A DNA stretch of 61,139 bases, filler included, from Basidiobolus ranarum (Eukaryota), in assembly GCA_040143965.1 (NCBI GenBank). It is 8 parts of 8 records of this genome, joined end to end, with 100 filler letters (N's around TTAATTAATTAA, not from the genome) between each part and the next. Parts side by side here need not be neighbours in the genome. Positions count along the whole stretch, not along the records: positions 7,677 to 15,249 come from JASJQH010001100.1; positions 15,350 to 22,916 come from JASJQH010001101.1; positions 23,017 to 30,573 come from JASJQH010001102.1; 5 more parts are not named here. One strand, given 5' to 3'. The notes beneath the pieces are model-generated. The model did not search any database and was not told where the DNA came from. It was given only the letters and a program-made list of their open reading frames with translations. This document shows, piece after piece, positions 13,026 through 25,488 of the stretch (its first letter is position 1; every line of letters starts with the position of its first letter). The position numbers and the translations under genes are program-made.

Positions 13026-13764
13026 ATGCTCGGTACTTTGAATGACGAGTCAAACAATCACTTGTACACACCAAAAGTTGAAAACACTTCAAAGTTTACC
13101 ATACAACCTGTTACTGAGGAAAATGTGACCAAGTTACGTAGACTTAATAGCGTTCTATTCCCAGTCAATTATAGTGAACACTTTTATCGAGCAGTACTGG
13201 AAACGGGAGAAATGGCCAAGTTAGGTGAGTATTAGCAATATTTGAAAGGAAGGAAAAAGAATGAGGGGAGTCATCCAACATTTTGGTCACATGGACTCTC
13301 TTTTATGAATGATGCCCTTTTCATAATCGAAAAACTAACTCCCTCCGAAATTAAAGCTTATTTTAAGGACACTTGTGTCGGTACAGTATGTTGTCGTCGT
13401 GAAGAAATACCCGATGCTGAGGGACAAATTCAACTGTACATCATGACACTAGGAGTGCTATCACCGTATAGACGTTGTGGTTTAGGTAAAATTGTTAACA
13501 AGTGAGGAGATGCAAGCAAAGAATCATTGATAATTAAATCCAATTCATAATTTAGGATCTATACTTCTTCAGCACATCTTTAAAGAATGTGAAAAGGAAG
13601 AAAACATCCAGAAAATCTATCTACACGTTCAAACTGGTAACGAGGAAGCATTGAAATTCTACGAGAAATTCGGATTTATTAAATCCCACCTAGTTGAACA
13701 TTATTATCGTCGTATCCGGGATCCTAACGCGTTCGTATTGTACAAAGATCTATCCCAGAAATAG
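13026..13764 (+). CDS. NAA50: N-alpha-acetyltransferase 50 (NatE/Nat5, GNAT family)
   Basis: Introns 13225-13356 and 13486-13555. Motifs LNSVLFPVNYSEHFY, LYIMTLGVLSPYRRCGLGS, IYLHVQTGNEEALKFYEKFGF and HYYRRI. Confidence 0.9.
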
Positions 13765-14609
13765 AAATCTGGGGGGGGGAAACTCTTTCTACTCAAAGAA
13801 AGTTTCACCTGATTATTAATCTATATTATGAAATAAACTACTTTGGTTTGTATGTACTTTCTGGTTTTGCCTGTTAAGCTAACAATGTCCATATGGTAAT
13901 GGGCTGTGGTAGTGTAAAAAGTGTAAGATCACCAGCATAACCTACGCCCCCACTTTCCAAATAACCGGATAACCTAAATGATGCCATTTGTCCACCACTT
14001 AGTGTTGTCAAAAAACTCATTCGAAACTACTTTATTGGTGCTTACCGTCAAGCTGGCAGCAGAAAATTATTTGGTACCGCCAACGATATTCTGGAATACT
14101 CCAACCTAAAATCAGAGAGTCGTGAGAAAATGGGAAATTCAAATTTCCCATTTTGACTTTTACTATACTATGATTTGTTATGAACCAGCAAGAATTTTCC
14201 AGATTTGGGCCATTTGCTGAAGAAAGTGGTAGGATCAACACATCAAATGTAGCTGAACGTGTATACAGAGTGCCATTTCCACAATGTCTCTTGTCCCTTT
14301 TCTACATTTAAATATATCATCATGTTACTGTAAATAGAGTCTGACAAATGGGAATTATTAGCATGTACATTTACAATACATATGTAATATATCGCTCAGA
14401 TTTTATGAATGCACCCTACGGTAGATTCAGATGTCCCCATTCCTTGACTGCGCATTCATGGGATACCACCACTGATTCAGTAGCCCAAAATGTGCGTGAG
14501 AGTGTGAATTCATAATTCTTTAAATACTCCAGAGCTCACTGCATTCATTTCATCCATTTATCTCTATTCTCTCACTCCTAGTGCTTTTAGGGTAAATTAT
14601 CGTAACACA

Positions 14610-15249
14610 ATGACTGTCTCCAACGAACTTCGTATTCTTGATACTATCCTCGAAAATATCGGTAACACCCCTCTTGTACGTGTTAACAAAATCGCCAAAT
14701 CTGAAGGACTCGAATGCGAACTGCTGGCCAAATGTGAATATTTTAACGCTGGTGGCTCGGTAAAGGATCGTATTGGCAGACGTATGGTTGAAGAAGCCGA
14801 AAAAGCTGGTATTCTTAAACCCGGATACACCATCATAGAACCAACCTCTGGTAATACCGGAATTGGTCTTGCGCTTGCCGGTGCAGTCAAGGGATATAGA
14901 GTCATTATTACCCTTCCGGAAAAAATGTCTCAGGAGAAGGTGGACGTATTAAAGGCTTTAGGTGCTGAGATTATTCGTACTCCTACTGAAGCTGCCTGGG
15001 ATGCCCCTGAATCTCACATCGGTGTTGCTAGACGTTTGAACAAGGAAATCCCTAACAGTGTCATCCTGGATCAATATGTTAACCCCAACAACCCAATGGC
15101 CCATTATGAAGGGACTGCGGAAGAGATTCTTCGTGCTTGTGATGGTCATGTCGATATGATCGTTGCTGGTGCTGGTACTGGTGGTACTATTACTGGTATT
15201 GCTAAGAAGATCAAGGAAAGATGCCCCAATGTTGAGATCGTTGGTGTTG
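14610..15249 (+). CDS. CYS4: Cystathionine beta-synthase (3' truncated at the contig end)
   Basis: [24 protein letters not shown] (PLP lysine), [32 protein letters not shown] and [10 protein letters not shown]. Confidence 0.92.
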
Positions 15250-15349
15250 NNNNNNNNNNNNNNNNNNNNNNNNNNNNNNNNNNNNNNNNNNNNTTAATTA
15301 ATTAANNNNNNNNNNNNNNNNNNNNNNNNNNNNNNNNNNNNNNNNNNNN
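15250..15349. other. Artificial contig spacer
   Basis: N-flanked TTAATTAATTAA linker. Confidence 0.97.
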
Positions 15350-16083
15350 CTATCGGGCATTGTAAGGGCTTGCTTGTATTGTGGGAACGATGAGAGACCA
15401 TAGAACTCGGCCCATATTTGTTGCAAATTTGAATCGACCATTTTATTTTGTTCCGGAGAAACAAGAGTATGAAGACTCTCCATCTTATCACGACGCTCGA
15501 ACCTCGCTCCCACCAATCCACTCAAGACACCTGTTCTTTCATATTGTGCTGACAGATCACGGATTCCAGCATTATATCGAGAACCACTATTTATAAAGTG
15601 AACTTCGGCGCTCACCCCTAGCAAAGCTGCCACTGCCATTTCGTCATAAGTCAGATAGTCAGTAATCTTAATGGTTCTTTCATTGTCCAACCCAACTACA
15701 TTCCAGTCCTGAGAAACCCCTGGTGTTCCATCTCGAAGTAGAGTTATATCATCCTCTGTCATAAACACTAATGGCCTTTGGACAATTAACCTCCTTAAGA
15801 AAGTGTCTGTAGACATTTCACAGTATAGTTGTTTCTCCTTTTTGCTACCGTGTTTTCTTTTACATTCTAGAAAATTTGTGGCAAGTGTGCGAACTTTAGG
15901 ATGAACAAGAATGCGGGCACTCTTGGCAGAGTCAACGATAGATAATTCTCCTGCTCCGCTGTTGGCGAAGAATTCGAGACGATTGTCCAAGGTGGGCCAT
16001 TTCACGGAATTCTTCTCGAATTCATGGGCTGCACTTAATAGCTCTCGAAGCTCAGCAATATATTCAATAGAATTTGGGTTCAT
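15350..16083 (-). CDS. DUF4804 family protein (MavL/Larg1-like macrodomain ADP-ribosyl hydrolase family), 3' truncated
   Basis: Recognised from memory by the motif order FLECKRKHGSKKEKQLY, FLRRLIVQRPLVF, DITLLRDG, YLTYDEMAVAALLGVS, FINSGSRYNAG, GLVGARFER. No intron in the visible 734 nt; ATG at 16083. Confidence 0.75.
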
Positions 16084-16454
16084 CAAAAGGACACAAGTAT
16101 AAGCCAAACTTAATGTAACCTATATATGGGAGGGCTAAAACAACGCTTAAAGCACATGCTAATAAAATTGGGCGCAACCAGCATAGGGAAGGAATTGATG
16201 AAAATTTTATTACAAACAAGTTAAAACTATATTTGAGTTACATTTTGAATGTATGTTTCACAGTGTTGAATGATCCTAGAATCTATAGGCTACTACAATC
16301 TTAGTATTGCATTAAATGAGGGGCTTTTAATATTATTGAGTGCCTGGTTAGTTAGCTCATATATTAATAATTTTTGAGCATGCCACTTCGTTCAAATTTG
16401 TTTCTATTGCCATGAAATCATTTAAATAATGGCGATTCCATCAAGCTATTCATG

Positions 16455-16676
16455 TGTTGAAATTAGCATTGCCTAAACACCTATATAGTCATATATAGCT
16501 TAGTATTTAGTTATCCTATTTTGAAATAAGATATCACCCATTATTCGATATCGGAATTTACTTAGAAGTTCTCAGATATATAGATTTTTCAAACTTGTGA
16601 TAGAAGCCCCAAACTTTGCACACATGTTCCTGGGATCTTCCTTAGCACATTCTACACGTTAGTTTGCTTACATCTT
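16455..16676 (+). repeat. 5' two-thirds of the TG...CA repeat
   Basis: Starts tgttgaaattagcattgcctaaacacctatatagtcatatatagctta, identical to the start at 54041. Confidence 0.85.
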
Positions 16677-17547
16677 CATGCTTTCAGCATTGTTGTGGAA
16701 CAATAGACTATTTTCTGGTATCAAAAGATATAGTTTGCTTTTCATTATTAAATCCAGGTAGAGCACTTTTTGCATTGGAATACCTGTATCCTATTCCCAG
16801 ATCTATTGCTCCACTATATCCAATGAATTATAAGAAAGCATACATTTGCAAGGTTTGTAAATATAGATTACCTACCTCTAGTGCATGATTGCTTTACCTA
16901 TATAATCCATATGTCATAGTTATATAAGTTCAAATGTAAACTATCTATGCATCATCTCAATGAGATAAATAAATACAAGGAATATCTATACTATCTTAAT
17001 TTAATGCAAAAGTAGGCTGCTTATATGGAGCTTCGAAATAGCTAACATTTACTTACTCTGCTAATAGTGTAGTAATAATGATGAAACAAACCAAGTATGA
17101 TAATAATGGAACTGCTCCACAGTGGAAATCGGATGGTTTGCTTTTTCATAAGATGTCCCAAGATTTTTGATGGCGCACGAGCCTAGTAATGGGTTATGAA
17201 GCTAGATAAAAGTGGTTCTAGATAAAGATTTGGGTGTTACACAACCCCTTTGACGCGAGTACATTTTCCAGCATGGCCGATGCCATCATTGAGAACTTGA
17301 TCGACGAGTAAATGGATTTGTATCTATAAGCATCAATGAACTTATTTGTCAATGAGACTGTAGCTTTAAGATTGCAACAAATATTAATGACAATGCTAAT
17401 ATTCCTTATTCGGGCTGAGATGTTTTATTAGTGACTAATAAAGTCTGAACAAGTCCCATGAATTATGCTATAGTATGCTCTAATTTTAAATACAATTTGC
17501 CGCCAGTAGATTCGCCAGTGGAAATATTTCCAAGCTTAACTGACAAC

Positions 17548-19554
17548 TCATTCAATATCCGAGCCATAATCTGAATCGGTAGGGGTTTTGCAATTCACTG
17601 TTTCCTGGGGAGGTTGCTCAATATTGACAGCGTCATTGTTGTCAGCAGTTGGCTCTTCTACTTTCACTTGCTTCTCCGTTTGTGCTTGCTCCTCTTCTTC
17701 CACAGCATCTTTAGAAGTTTGATTTTCTTTCCTGGTTTTGATTTCCTCGAGAATTTTATTTTCCAATTCCTCTTGGGCTCTACACTCCAATTCCTGTTCG
17801 ATAATGGATTTGGCACCTTTCTGGAATTTCTCTACCAATTCCAGTAGTTTATCCGGTATAATCTCCGGTGTGCGGCGATACAAGACCATACATGTCATGA
17901 CTTCACAAGGCGGAAGGAGTCCTTCTGGGACTTTTTCTTTGAGTATATTTTCGTCCAGTCGAGTTTCAGGGTCTTCCAATACGGAGGAGTACATATTTTG
18001 AATTTGATAGTGCGTACAGTAACCCAACTCGATCTTTAAATCCATGCGACCAGGTCTAATTACGGCAGGGTCGAGTAGCTCTGGGTGATTGGTAGTCATG
18101 ATGATAATGTTCCCATCAGAGAGAGAATGTCCATCTAAATTTGCTAAGAAGGTAGACAGAGAGAATGGTTTGAAGAATCCTTCGACCCCTCCAACTTTAT
18201 TCGATGATTCTCCACTTCCAAGCCTGATTCCGGGTCCTAGTCTCTTCATAAACTCATCCTCGGATGAGATGTGTTTACGAGCATGCAGAACCTTACTTTG
18301 AGTATCGCAGTCTTCAAGCACGATAATTTGATTTGCAGGAACAGAATTGAACGCGCTGTTCAAAGCGGAATCACTGTCTATCTCCTTTAGATTGATAAAA
18401 TACAAGTCGCGATTAAGCTCACTGGAAATAGCATTGATGAGCGATGTCTTTCCAGTGCCGGGCTTGCCATAGAGTAAGATTCCTCGACGGTACGGAAGTC
18501 CAATTCGTTGGTAGAAATCTTTATCAGACAAAAAAGTATCCAAATCATGCTTCAATAACACCTCATTAACTTTATCCAGACAAACCGTGTTGAGACCTCG
18601 GGTCAGACTGAGTGTTTGTATAACTTCCCATCCATAGCTTCCTCTTTCATGTCTAGAGCGGATGCGATCACCCTTTTGCTCTATCAAATGCGCTCTGGTT
18701 GTGGCATGTATGAATGCAATCACCTTATTCATGGTAATATCAGGATCATTCAAAGATTTCTTGTTCAACTCTTTCTTTTCATATGTTGTATCTTGCTTGC
18801 AACTCTTTGGTCTTGTTCCGTCTGGATATACAAAATTGGGACAGTACTCGACTACAATTGATGGCAGAGCCTTGGTTTTCTTTTTCACTTCTCCTTTTTC
18901 TAACCAACTATTGTTGCGGCTTTCCTCTTTCGGCTGATTTTCTTGCTCGGTGGATTCTTTGAAATATACTTTAAATATGTCGTCATTAAAGGAAATAAAA
19001 AGGTTCTCATTGTCTTGTGGGAGAACATTAAACTCGGGAACATGCACTTCGTCTTCATCATCACTACCATGGTAGTTATCAATCTCAGGAACCATTAAGA
19101 AATTTCCTTTTAGTAGGAATTTACTTTGTTCGGAGACAAGCCAAGATAATGACTTGTGATGGGTGTTGACTTCGAATTCCTCATAAATACCCATAAACTC
19201 AGGCTCTATTTGGATACTGATAGAGTCGGCTTTCCTTTTGTCTCTGAAATGGAATATGCTCGCTGAAATATGGCCAGCAAATTTCAAAAGTGCCACAAAG
19301 CCTGCAACCAGTGCTGAAATTAAAAACATATCCACCGCTATATGTCCCGAAGTGCCTATCATAGAAGGAAGCCAGGCCATTAATAGGATGTTCACCTGGT
19401 CACTTGTAAATAGTGAAGTAAAAGGGGACCAAATAGTGTTGAGAGTATCTCCATCGAATGTTGTGCTGCCATTTTCCTCTCCGTAGGAATGATGCACCAT
19501 TCTCATAGTCTCCTCACGCAAAACACCTTTAATTTTCGCTTTCTTCTCGTTCAT
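17548..19554 (-). CDS. BCS1-like AAA+ ATPase (668 aa, intronless, N-terminal membrane anchor)
   Basis: FYQRIGLPYRRGILLYGKPGTGKTS (Walker A), IIVLEDCD (Walker B), SLSTFLANLDG and MTTNHPELLDPAVIRPGRMD (SRH). Confidence 0.88.
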   Translation of the reverse strand: MNEKKAKIKGVLREETMRMVHHSYGEENGSTTFDGDTLNTIWSPFTSLFTSDQVNILLMAWLPSMIGTSGHIAVDMFLISALVAGFVALLKFAGHISASIFHFRDKRKADSISIQIEPEFMGIYEEFEVNTHHKSLSWLVSEQSKFLLKGNFLMVPEIDNYHGSDDEDEVHVPEFNVLPQDNENLFISFNDDIFKVYFKESTEQENQPKEESRNNSWLEKGEVKKKTKALPSIVVEYCPNFVYPDGTRPKSCKQDTTYEKKELNKKSLNDPDITMNKVIAFIHATTRAHLIEQKGDRIRSRHERGSYGWEVIQTLSLTRGLNTVCLDKVNEVLLKHDLDTFLSDKDFYQRIGLPYRRGILLYGKPGTGKTSLINAISSELNRDLYFINLKEIDSDSALNSAFNSVPANQIIVLEDCDTQSKVLHARKHISSEDEFMKRLGPGIRLGSGESSNKVGGVEGFFKPFSLSTFLANLDGHSLSDGNIIIMTTNHPELLDPAVIRPGRMDLKIELGYCTHYQIQNMYSSVLEDPETRLDENILKEKVPEGLLPPCEVMTCMVLYRRTPEIIPDKLLELVEKFQKGAKSIIEQELECRAQEELENKILEEIKTRKENQTSKDAVEEEEQAQTEKQVKVEEPTADNNDAVNIEQPPQETVNCKTPTDSDYGSDIE

Positions 19555-22170
19555 GTTTGTATGTACTTGAGAAATACTTTAAAGAGACGTATTTGGGATT
19601 ATACGACCAACGAGTGAGTTATATAAGAAAATTTAAAGGCCATTTGTGTAGGCCAGATGGGCGGATTCAAAGCATATTACCTTGGTACCATGCAACCGCA
19701 GCTACTTTGCGCAGCAACGCCATTAACCGATGCTTAAATATTGCAATCTGTAGATTCAGTTACAGAAAAGATCTATTTTTCTTATTTTTGGAGTAGCCAT
19801 ATGTTACTCGGTGATTACTTGGTTTTCTTCTACCAAAGCGCATAATTTCTTTTTTGTTTCAAAGTAGCCAGATTCTAGTACCCGATCAAGTTGTTGTTCT
19901 AATGTGGATTGACTTTATTTTTAATTGAAAATGAATGATCGCTATATTTACTTAAAACTTCAATCAATATTGGCGGCCATTAATTGGGTAGAGATACTTT
20001 TAAGGCTGGGAATAAATTTTGAAATGAGGTAACAACTATTGCGGGATTTTTAGAGCATACTTTGTTGATTGGCTAGTTTGGTATGGACATATTTACTACG
20101 TAATTTCAATGACAACTTACAGTAGCATATGATAGCCTGCCCAGTAATGGTATCAGTACTGGTTTGTCCACTTGAGCTTGGAAGTTTCTGGTTTCAAGCC
20201 TCTTCACCTCAAAATGTAAATTCAGTGTATCTACATTTATAAAACGAACTGCAATTATCATATCAATCCTTATCTCATATACTTACGATTCTTTGAATTG
20301 CGGCTTCATATGAAGTATCTGTTCAATTGCACCTGGAACAAAAGACCAATTGCCCAAAAAGGCATTTGCCTATTTTATATGAATTATGTGTACTGTACAT
20401 TATGACTTCGAAATTAATGAACAGACAAACTCATTGTATCTGCTAGACATGTGCTAAACTATCACATCTTCATACCACATTGGGAATATTGGATACTTGC
20501 TCAATATCTCCCAAGTTAAAACTGACATATATACCAACACCTGTCTGTTTCGCTTTTTTGTATGCATTCTTTAAATGACAATATCCTTCCACTCCATTTA
20601 TTAACTGGATATTTGTCATTAAGCTTATGCAGATCCCAAATAGCAGTCTTTGATACTATGGAGATGGTTCCATTACTCTTAGTGATAAGACATACCTTTA
20701 CATTTGTCACAGTTAGTAAGTCAACTTTGAGCTCTATATATTTTTGCACCAAAATTGTGTATTATTGACTATATCTCCAAAGGTTATGCTTTATAAGATC
20801 CAAACCGTTTACATTATTGTTTTGGCCATTATGATCACATGTCTCACATTAACTATGTAGGCTGGCACCAATCAAATATCTCAGTATTAATTGTGATTGA
20901 CTGGAGTTTACCATATTAGTCACAATTATTATAACTTCATATAAATGTTTTTCTCAATTAATGCCTTGAAATGCCTCCTCAAGTGATATACTCTTCTAAA
21001 ATTACTAAATGCTGGCGAAAACATTACTACATCAAAACAAAAATTGAAGGATATTAGTATTAGTTGTCTTGTTGAGATGATTTGGGGTGCCCAGAGGGAG
21101 TTTAGAGATATTGAACTATTGTGAGTATGAGAGATGAAGATTAATCATAACAGTATTCAACTGTGTGTGTATAACTCTAGACCAACTTGAGATGAGATAT
21201 AATGGTTGATAGACCTGAGTTGGTGGACATTTGATTGCTCAGTAGGTGAACAATCTAGACAGGTGGCTAGTGTATCGATATATAACATACTCATATTATA
21301 TATGAACTTCTCTTTAGTTTATTAGGATTGAGTTTATGTCTAAGAACCGAAATTCTGATCCTCTCCTCAAGTATGCTTTTCCGAACCATAATACTATTGT
21401 GAAGAGATGCGGAAGATTTGCTATATATTTATGATTGCATTCATACAATTCTGGCTAAACGTTTAATGTCAGTTGGAAGGACTAGAATACTGAATAACTA
21501 CAAATAGTATGTTAGAATCTTGGCCAATTTTCATCTGGTACAAATTCCATAACGAATATACTAGAAATACCATTCCTGCTTATAAAATTTTATTTCAGGT
21601 GTCAGGTGGTGACTCTTCTATCACGGAGTAACTGATAGAAATGTCCGAGTGTTTGAAGTCCACGCAGCAACCAAATAAGCCATTTTTCTACGGCATTGTG
21701 TTCCTTGCTTCATTCATACCATATACCCGAACAAAAATACCGCAACTAAGTGAAGTCTAGATGAAGCTCAAATTATTTTACCTGGAGAAGTCCCCAATTA
21801 GCAATACATATGCCTTTTCCGTCAAGTGCACGCTTAGCCTATAGGTATTACAGAATCAGAAATATCCATATCGGACAATTGAATATTTGCTTTTACCACA
21901 ACTTAAAACGCCATAACAACAGTAGCAATATGGGGTTAATTTTATACTAATATAGTAACACTAATTACTAACAGTAACGTCCGCCTAAAAGGAAAGTTGA
22001 GTCCTGATTTCGTGATTTATCGGAACTGGGTTTTACTAGAATGGGCTGATCAAATTCTACTAAATGCGATAAGTGGTATAAATATCTTACCCCTTGATTG
22101 TAATCCCTATTCACTAAACAATTCTCTCTAAACTTGATTCAATACATTCCATTCAAATATATTTATTACA

Positions 22171-22325
22171 ATGTTTGGCCGTTCTACCAATGAGGTAAAG
22201 AGTTCAAGTGACTCTTACCAAGACGGCTTTTCCGTCTACGCAGTCTTGTGTGTATTCATCGCTTGCCTTGTATCATTCAACAATGGCTAGAACACTTCCG
22301 ATACAAATATTATTCAAGCCTATTT
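22171..22325 (+). pseudogene. 5' fragment of a GLUT-like sugar transporter with a premature stop
   Basis: MFGRSTNE...GFSVYAVLCVFIACLVSFNNG*NTSDTNII resembles the TM1 motif SFxxG(W/Y)NT. TAG at 22288-22290 sits where TGG would be expected, and similarity is then lost. Confidence 0.5.
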
Positions 22326-22675
22326 ACCTGACTATAAATCTACAATTGTAATCAATTACATTATATATTAGATTGAGATACACGTGCTTCGATATAACCT
22401 TCAGAAATTGCTTTTATTATATAATATTCAGTTTCAATTGCTATCTACAATGATTAAGTAGAAGACCGCAGAGAGAAAATAAGTACTATTTTTCTGGTAT
22501 TGTGTATAAGAGAATATTTGTTGAGCATTTGCAAAATCCTATTATTTTCAAATTCATTATTTATTTCTTTCTATATATGATATATTATATAATAAACGCT
22601 CTGTATGCATATGCTGATTCTAGACGTGGCTTAGGCATCCTCTATAGCAACAATATACCTCTCTTAAAGCTCGCT

Positions 22676-22916
22676 CTAAACTGATGGGCTAGTAGTAGTA
22701 TCTTTATCATGATGACCAGTAATCTCCTCAATGCTACGCCCTTTAGTCTCAGGCAAGAAGAAGAGAACTCCAAAGAAACCAACGATACAGCAGCACACGA
22801 AGATCAAGAATACATAGCCATGCATAGTGTTCTTCAATGATGGGAAGAAGAATCCCACAACGAAGTTACCGAACCAGTTAAGACCAAGAGCACAGGAAGC
22901 AACAGTTGAGACAGCT
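22676..22916 (-). CDS. MFS sugar transporter, C-terminal end only
   Basis: ALGLNWFGNFVVGFFFPSL...YVFLIF...FFLPETKGRSIEEI (sugar porter PETKG motif); runs off the contig. Confidence 0.88.
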
Positions 22917-23016
22917 NNNNNNNNNNNNNNNNNNNNNNNNNNNNNNNNNNNNNNNNNNNNTTAATTAATTAANNNNNNNNNNNNNNNNNNNNNNNNNNNN
23001 NNNNNNNNNNNNNNNN
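22917..23016. other. Artificial contig spacer
   Basis: N-flanked TTAATTAATTAA linker. Confidence 0.97.
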
Positions 23017-23127
23017 TACAGGTAAGGGATGTCTGGTTATTGCGCACAAGATGATGTTTTCGGCTAACCGTATTGCCAAATTAGAATTTGGAGAGGATGA
23101 GAAATCGAGTGATACTGTTACACATAG

Positions 23128-25488
23128 CTAGTTTGGATGAAAATAATTACCTGACAGTTTGGCGATCTTATTTTCAATCTGAATTAAGTTGCAAAACGTT
23201 TCAGTTTGCGGATTGTTGAATACTCGTTCTAAAAAGGTACGGTACATTAGTATTCATGACCTAACTGAAGATTCTATCTGGAGTGGGGAAAGTGCCATTT
23301 AAACTGGGGGAATCCTTACGTAAATCAACACGTTCAGCGCTGTGCAAGGCCAGAGACTTCATAGGAGAGAAAGGAGGTGCGATTACTTCAAAGTTATCAG
23401 GAATCTTCAACGCAGTAGAGTTTAGATTTTCCTGAATCCAGGAAAAGTTCTTTGCTACACTTTGGCTCAGCGTATGTCGATCGGGCATAGGGGTTTGATA
23501 TCTGGAAAGAGTCAGATATTCCTGTGTGCTCTTGGTAATAGCTAACCATTCCGCATCGTATCGAAATTCTTTGGGTACATTTGGGTCACTAGGGATATCA
23601 ACCACCTGTGACGAAGAATCAGCATCAATAATTGTCGTAACAGAAAAGAGGATTTAGAATGTGAATTAACATACCTGGAGAAAATCACGTCGAGGTAGAC
23701 ACTTGTCCAATGCCAAGAACTTTGTCGTTGGGGGCTGATCGTCCGATAAAATGGAATGATTCTTTAACGGAGCGTCAGAAGGAATAGCATTAGACTGCAA
23801 TTGTGGTACGCTATCAGCTTCAGCATCGGAGTCATCTAAATTGATCTCATCAGGATTCGTCATTACTCGAATTTCGGAAGGCTTGTCCTGTTCGTTTTTG
23901 CTGTTTACGTCATTGTCTGAAGCAAGATTGGTAGCGGATATCTTACTCAAGTGCCCTCCCTCTACACTAGAAGTATGTGAATGCGCATCATCTACCGTCG
24001 AGCCATGCGATAGGATATCTGTGTGGCCTGCAGAAGCCTCCGGCTCATCAAATGCTTCGTCGAGCATGATCTCCTCTGGATTGCCAACCTCCATTGTATT
24101 AATCTCCTCCTCCAAGATGATTTCGTCTGGGTTTTTGCATTCAAGCAGATCCAACTCATCCAATGTAATTTCGTCCGGATTCTTAGTCTGCAACCCATCC
24201 AACTCTACATCTAAAATAATTTCATCTGGATTCTTAGTCTCTGTAGGACTCAACTCCTCATCCAGCATAATTTCGTCTGGGTTTTGTGGTAATTGAACAT
24301 GTGGTTGAGCATCGTGTGAGCTTGACCTAGTTGATCGAGATGCTGGTGGAAGCTCGTGTCCGATTGAGGACCGGTGTCGAACAAGGGCCGCGAATTTGAC
24401 ATGTAAATGTGCGGAGAACCAGTATCTGGGCATTATGGTATTCAAGATGTCTTCATTGGCTGGGCTACCCAGAGTGTTCGTTCTGACCTTACAAGAATGA
24501 TCGCATTAATGAGATGACTTCGTGACAGCACTAATAATAGACAACCCAGAAGACTTACTTCATCACGGAAGAATGGTTTTCTCCTGAGCAAACTGTGGAC
24601 ATCTCCGTGTTGCTCGATTCCTCGGGGCCAGTCATGCGATAAAAATATATCCAATGGTTGTTTGATCTAGAGGTGGGGTGAAGAAGTTTAACGAACTCGT
24701 ACATAACAGGTGTCGACGACATGGAATATCCTGTTACCTGTAAAAGCTTTTCAATATCATAGCGACGGACATGATATACACTTCTGAGATCTTGAGCTGT
24801 GTATGGAGGTGCTTCATGGTGTCCTAAGATTCAATTAATTTCGTAAGTAACAGAACATAACATGATTAGAAAGTGAATCCAGCAATCAGATTCATACCTT
24901 TAAAGAAATCCTCCCTCTTATAGATCCCTGAAAGTCCACCTATACGAAGACCACCAAAGTTGATGACCCCAGCTGCACCTAGATAATAGATATTTTTGCA
25001 GACCCAACCACCATGATACCTAAGCAAAGTAATACCATGAGTAACAAGCACAAGGTAGGCTCTTCAGCATGAGCGGCTATCGTTTATGGTACGTACAGTT
25101 CGGTTAAATAGTTACTAGCTTCGTGATTTCCGCCTATGAAAATGGTGGGTATTGGGGCAGTTTTCAAACCTGTGTAATACTCCCAAAATGTCCCTAATTG
25201 ACGATATTTCGGAGGACAAGAAAGACAATCCATATCGGCTTCATTTCGAATTGACTTGAATTAGAAAAATAATAAACGGATTAACATAAGAGAAACCAAA
25301 CTTAGAGTTAACGAAAACCCATTGTTCTTGGCCAAGATCACTTAATAAGGGAAGGTCAAGAATACCTGAAAATCACCACATATCAATAATAAATCTACAG
25401 TAACTCCTTCTACTTCTTGTAAATGCTCAATTGTAGCATAGATTTTATCTAGTTCGCCATGACAGCAACCTTCAATCGCGACTTTCAT
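23128..25488 (-). CDS. DBR1: RNA lariat debranching enzyme, multi-exon (last exon boundary uncertain)
   Basis: [105 protein letters not shown] and NPQTETFC. Confidence 0.93.
23838..24290 (-). repeat. Six NP(D/E)EIxL(D/E) peptide repeats inside DBR1, five at a ~48-nt period
   Basis: [50 protein letters not shown] and [10 protein letters not shown] in ORF 23666..24445. Confidence 0.85.
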
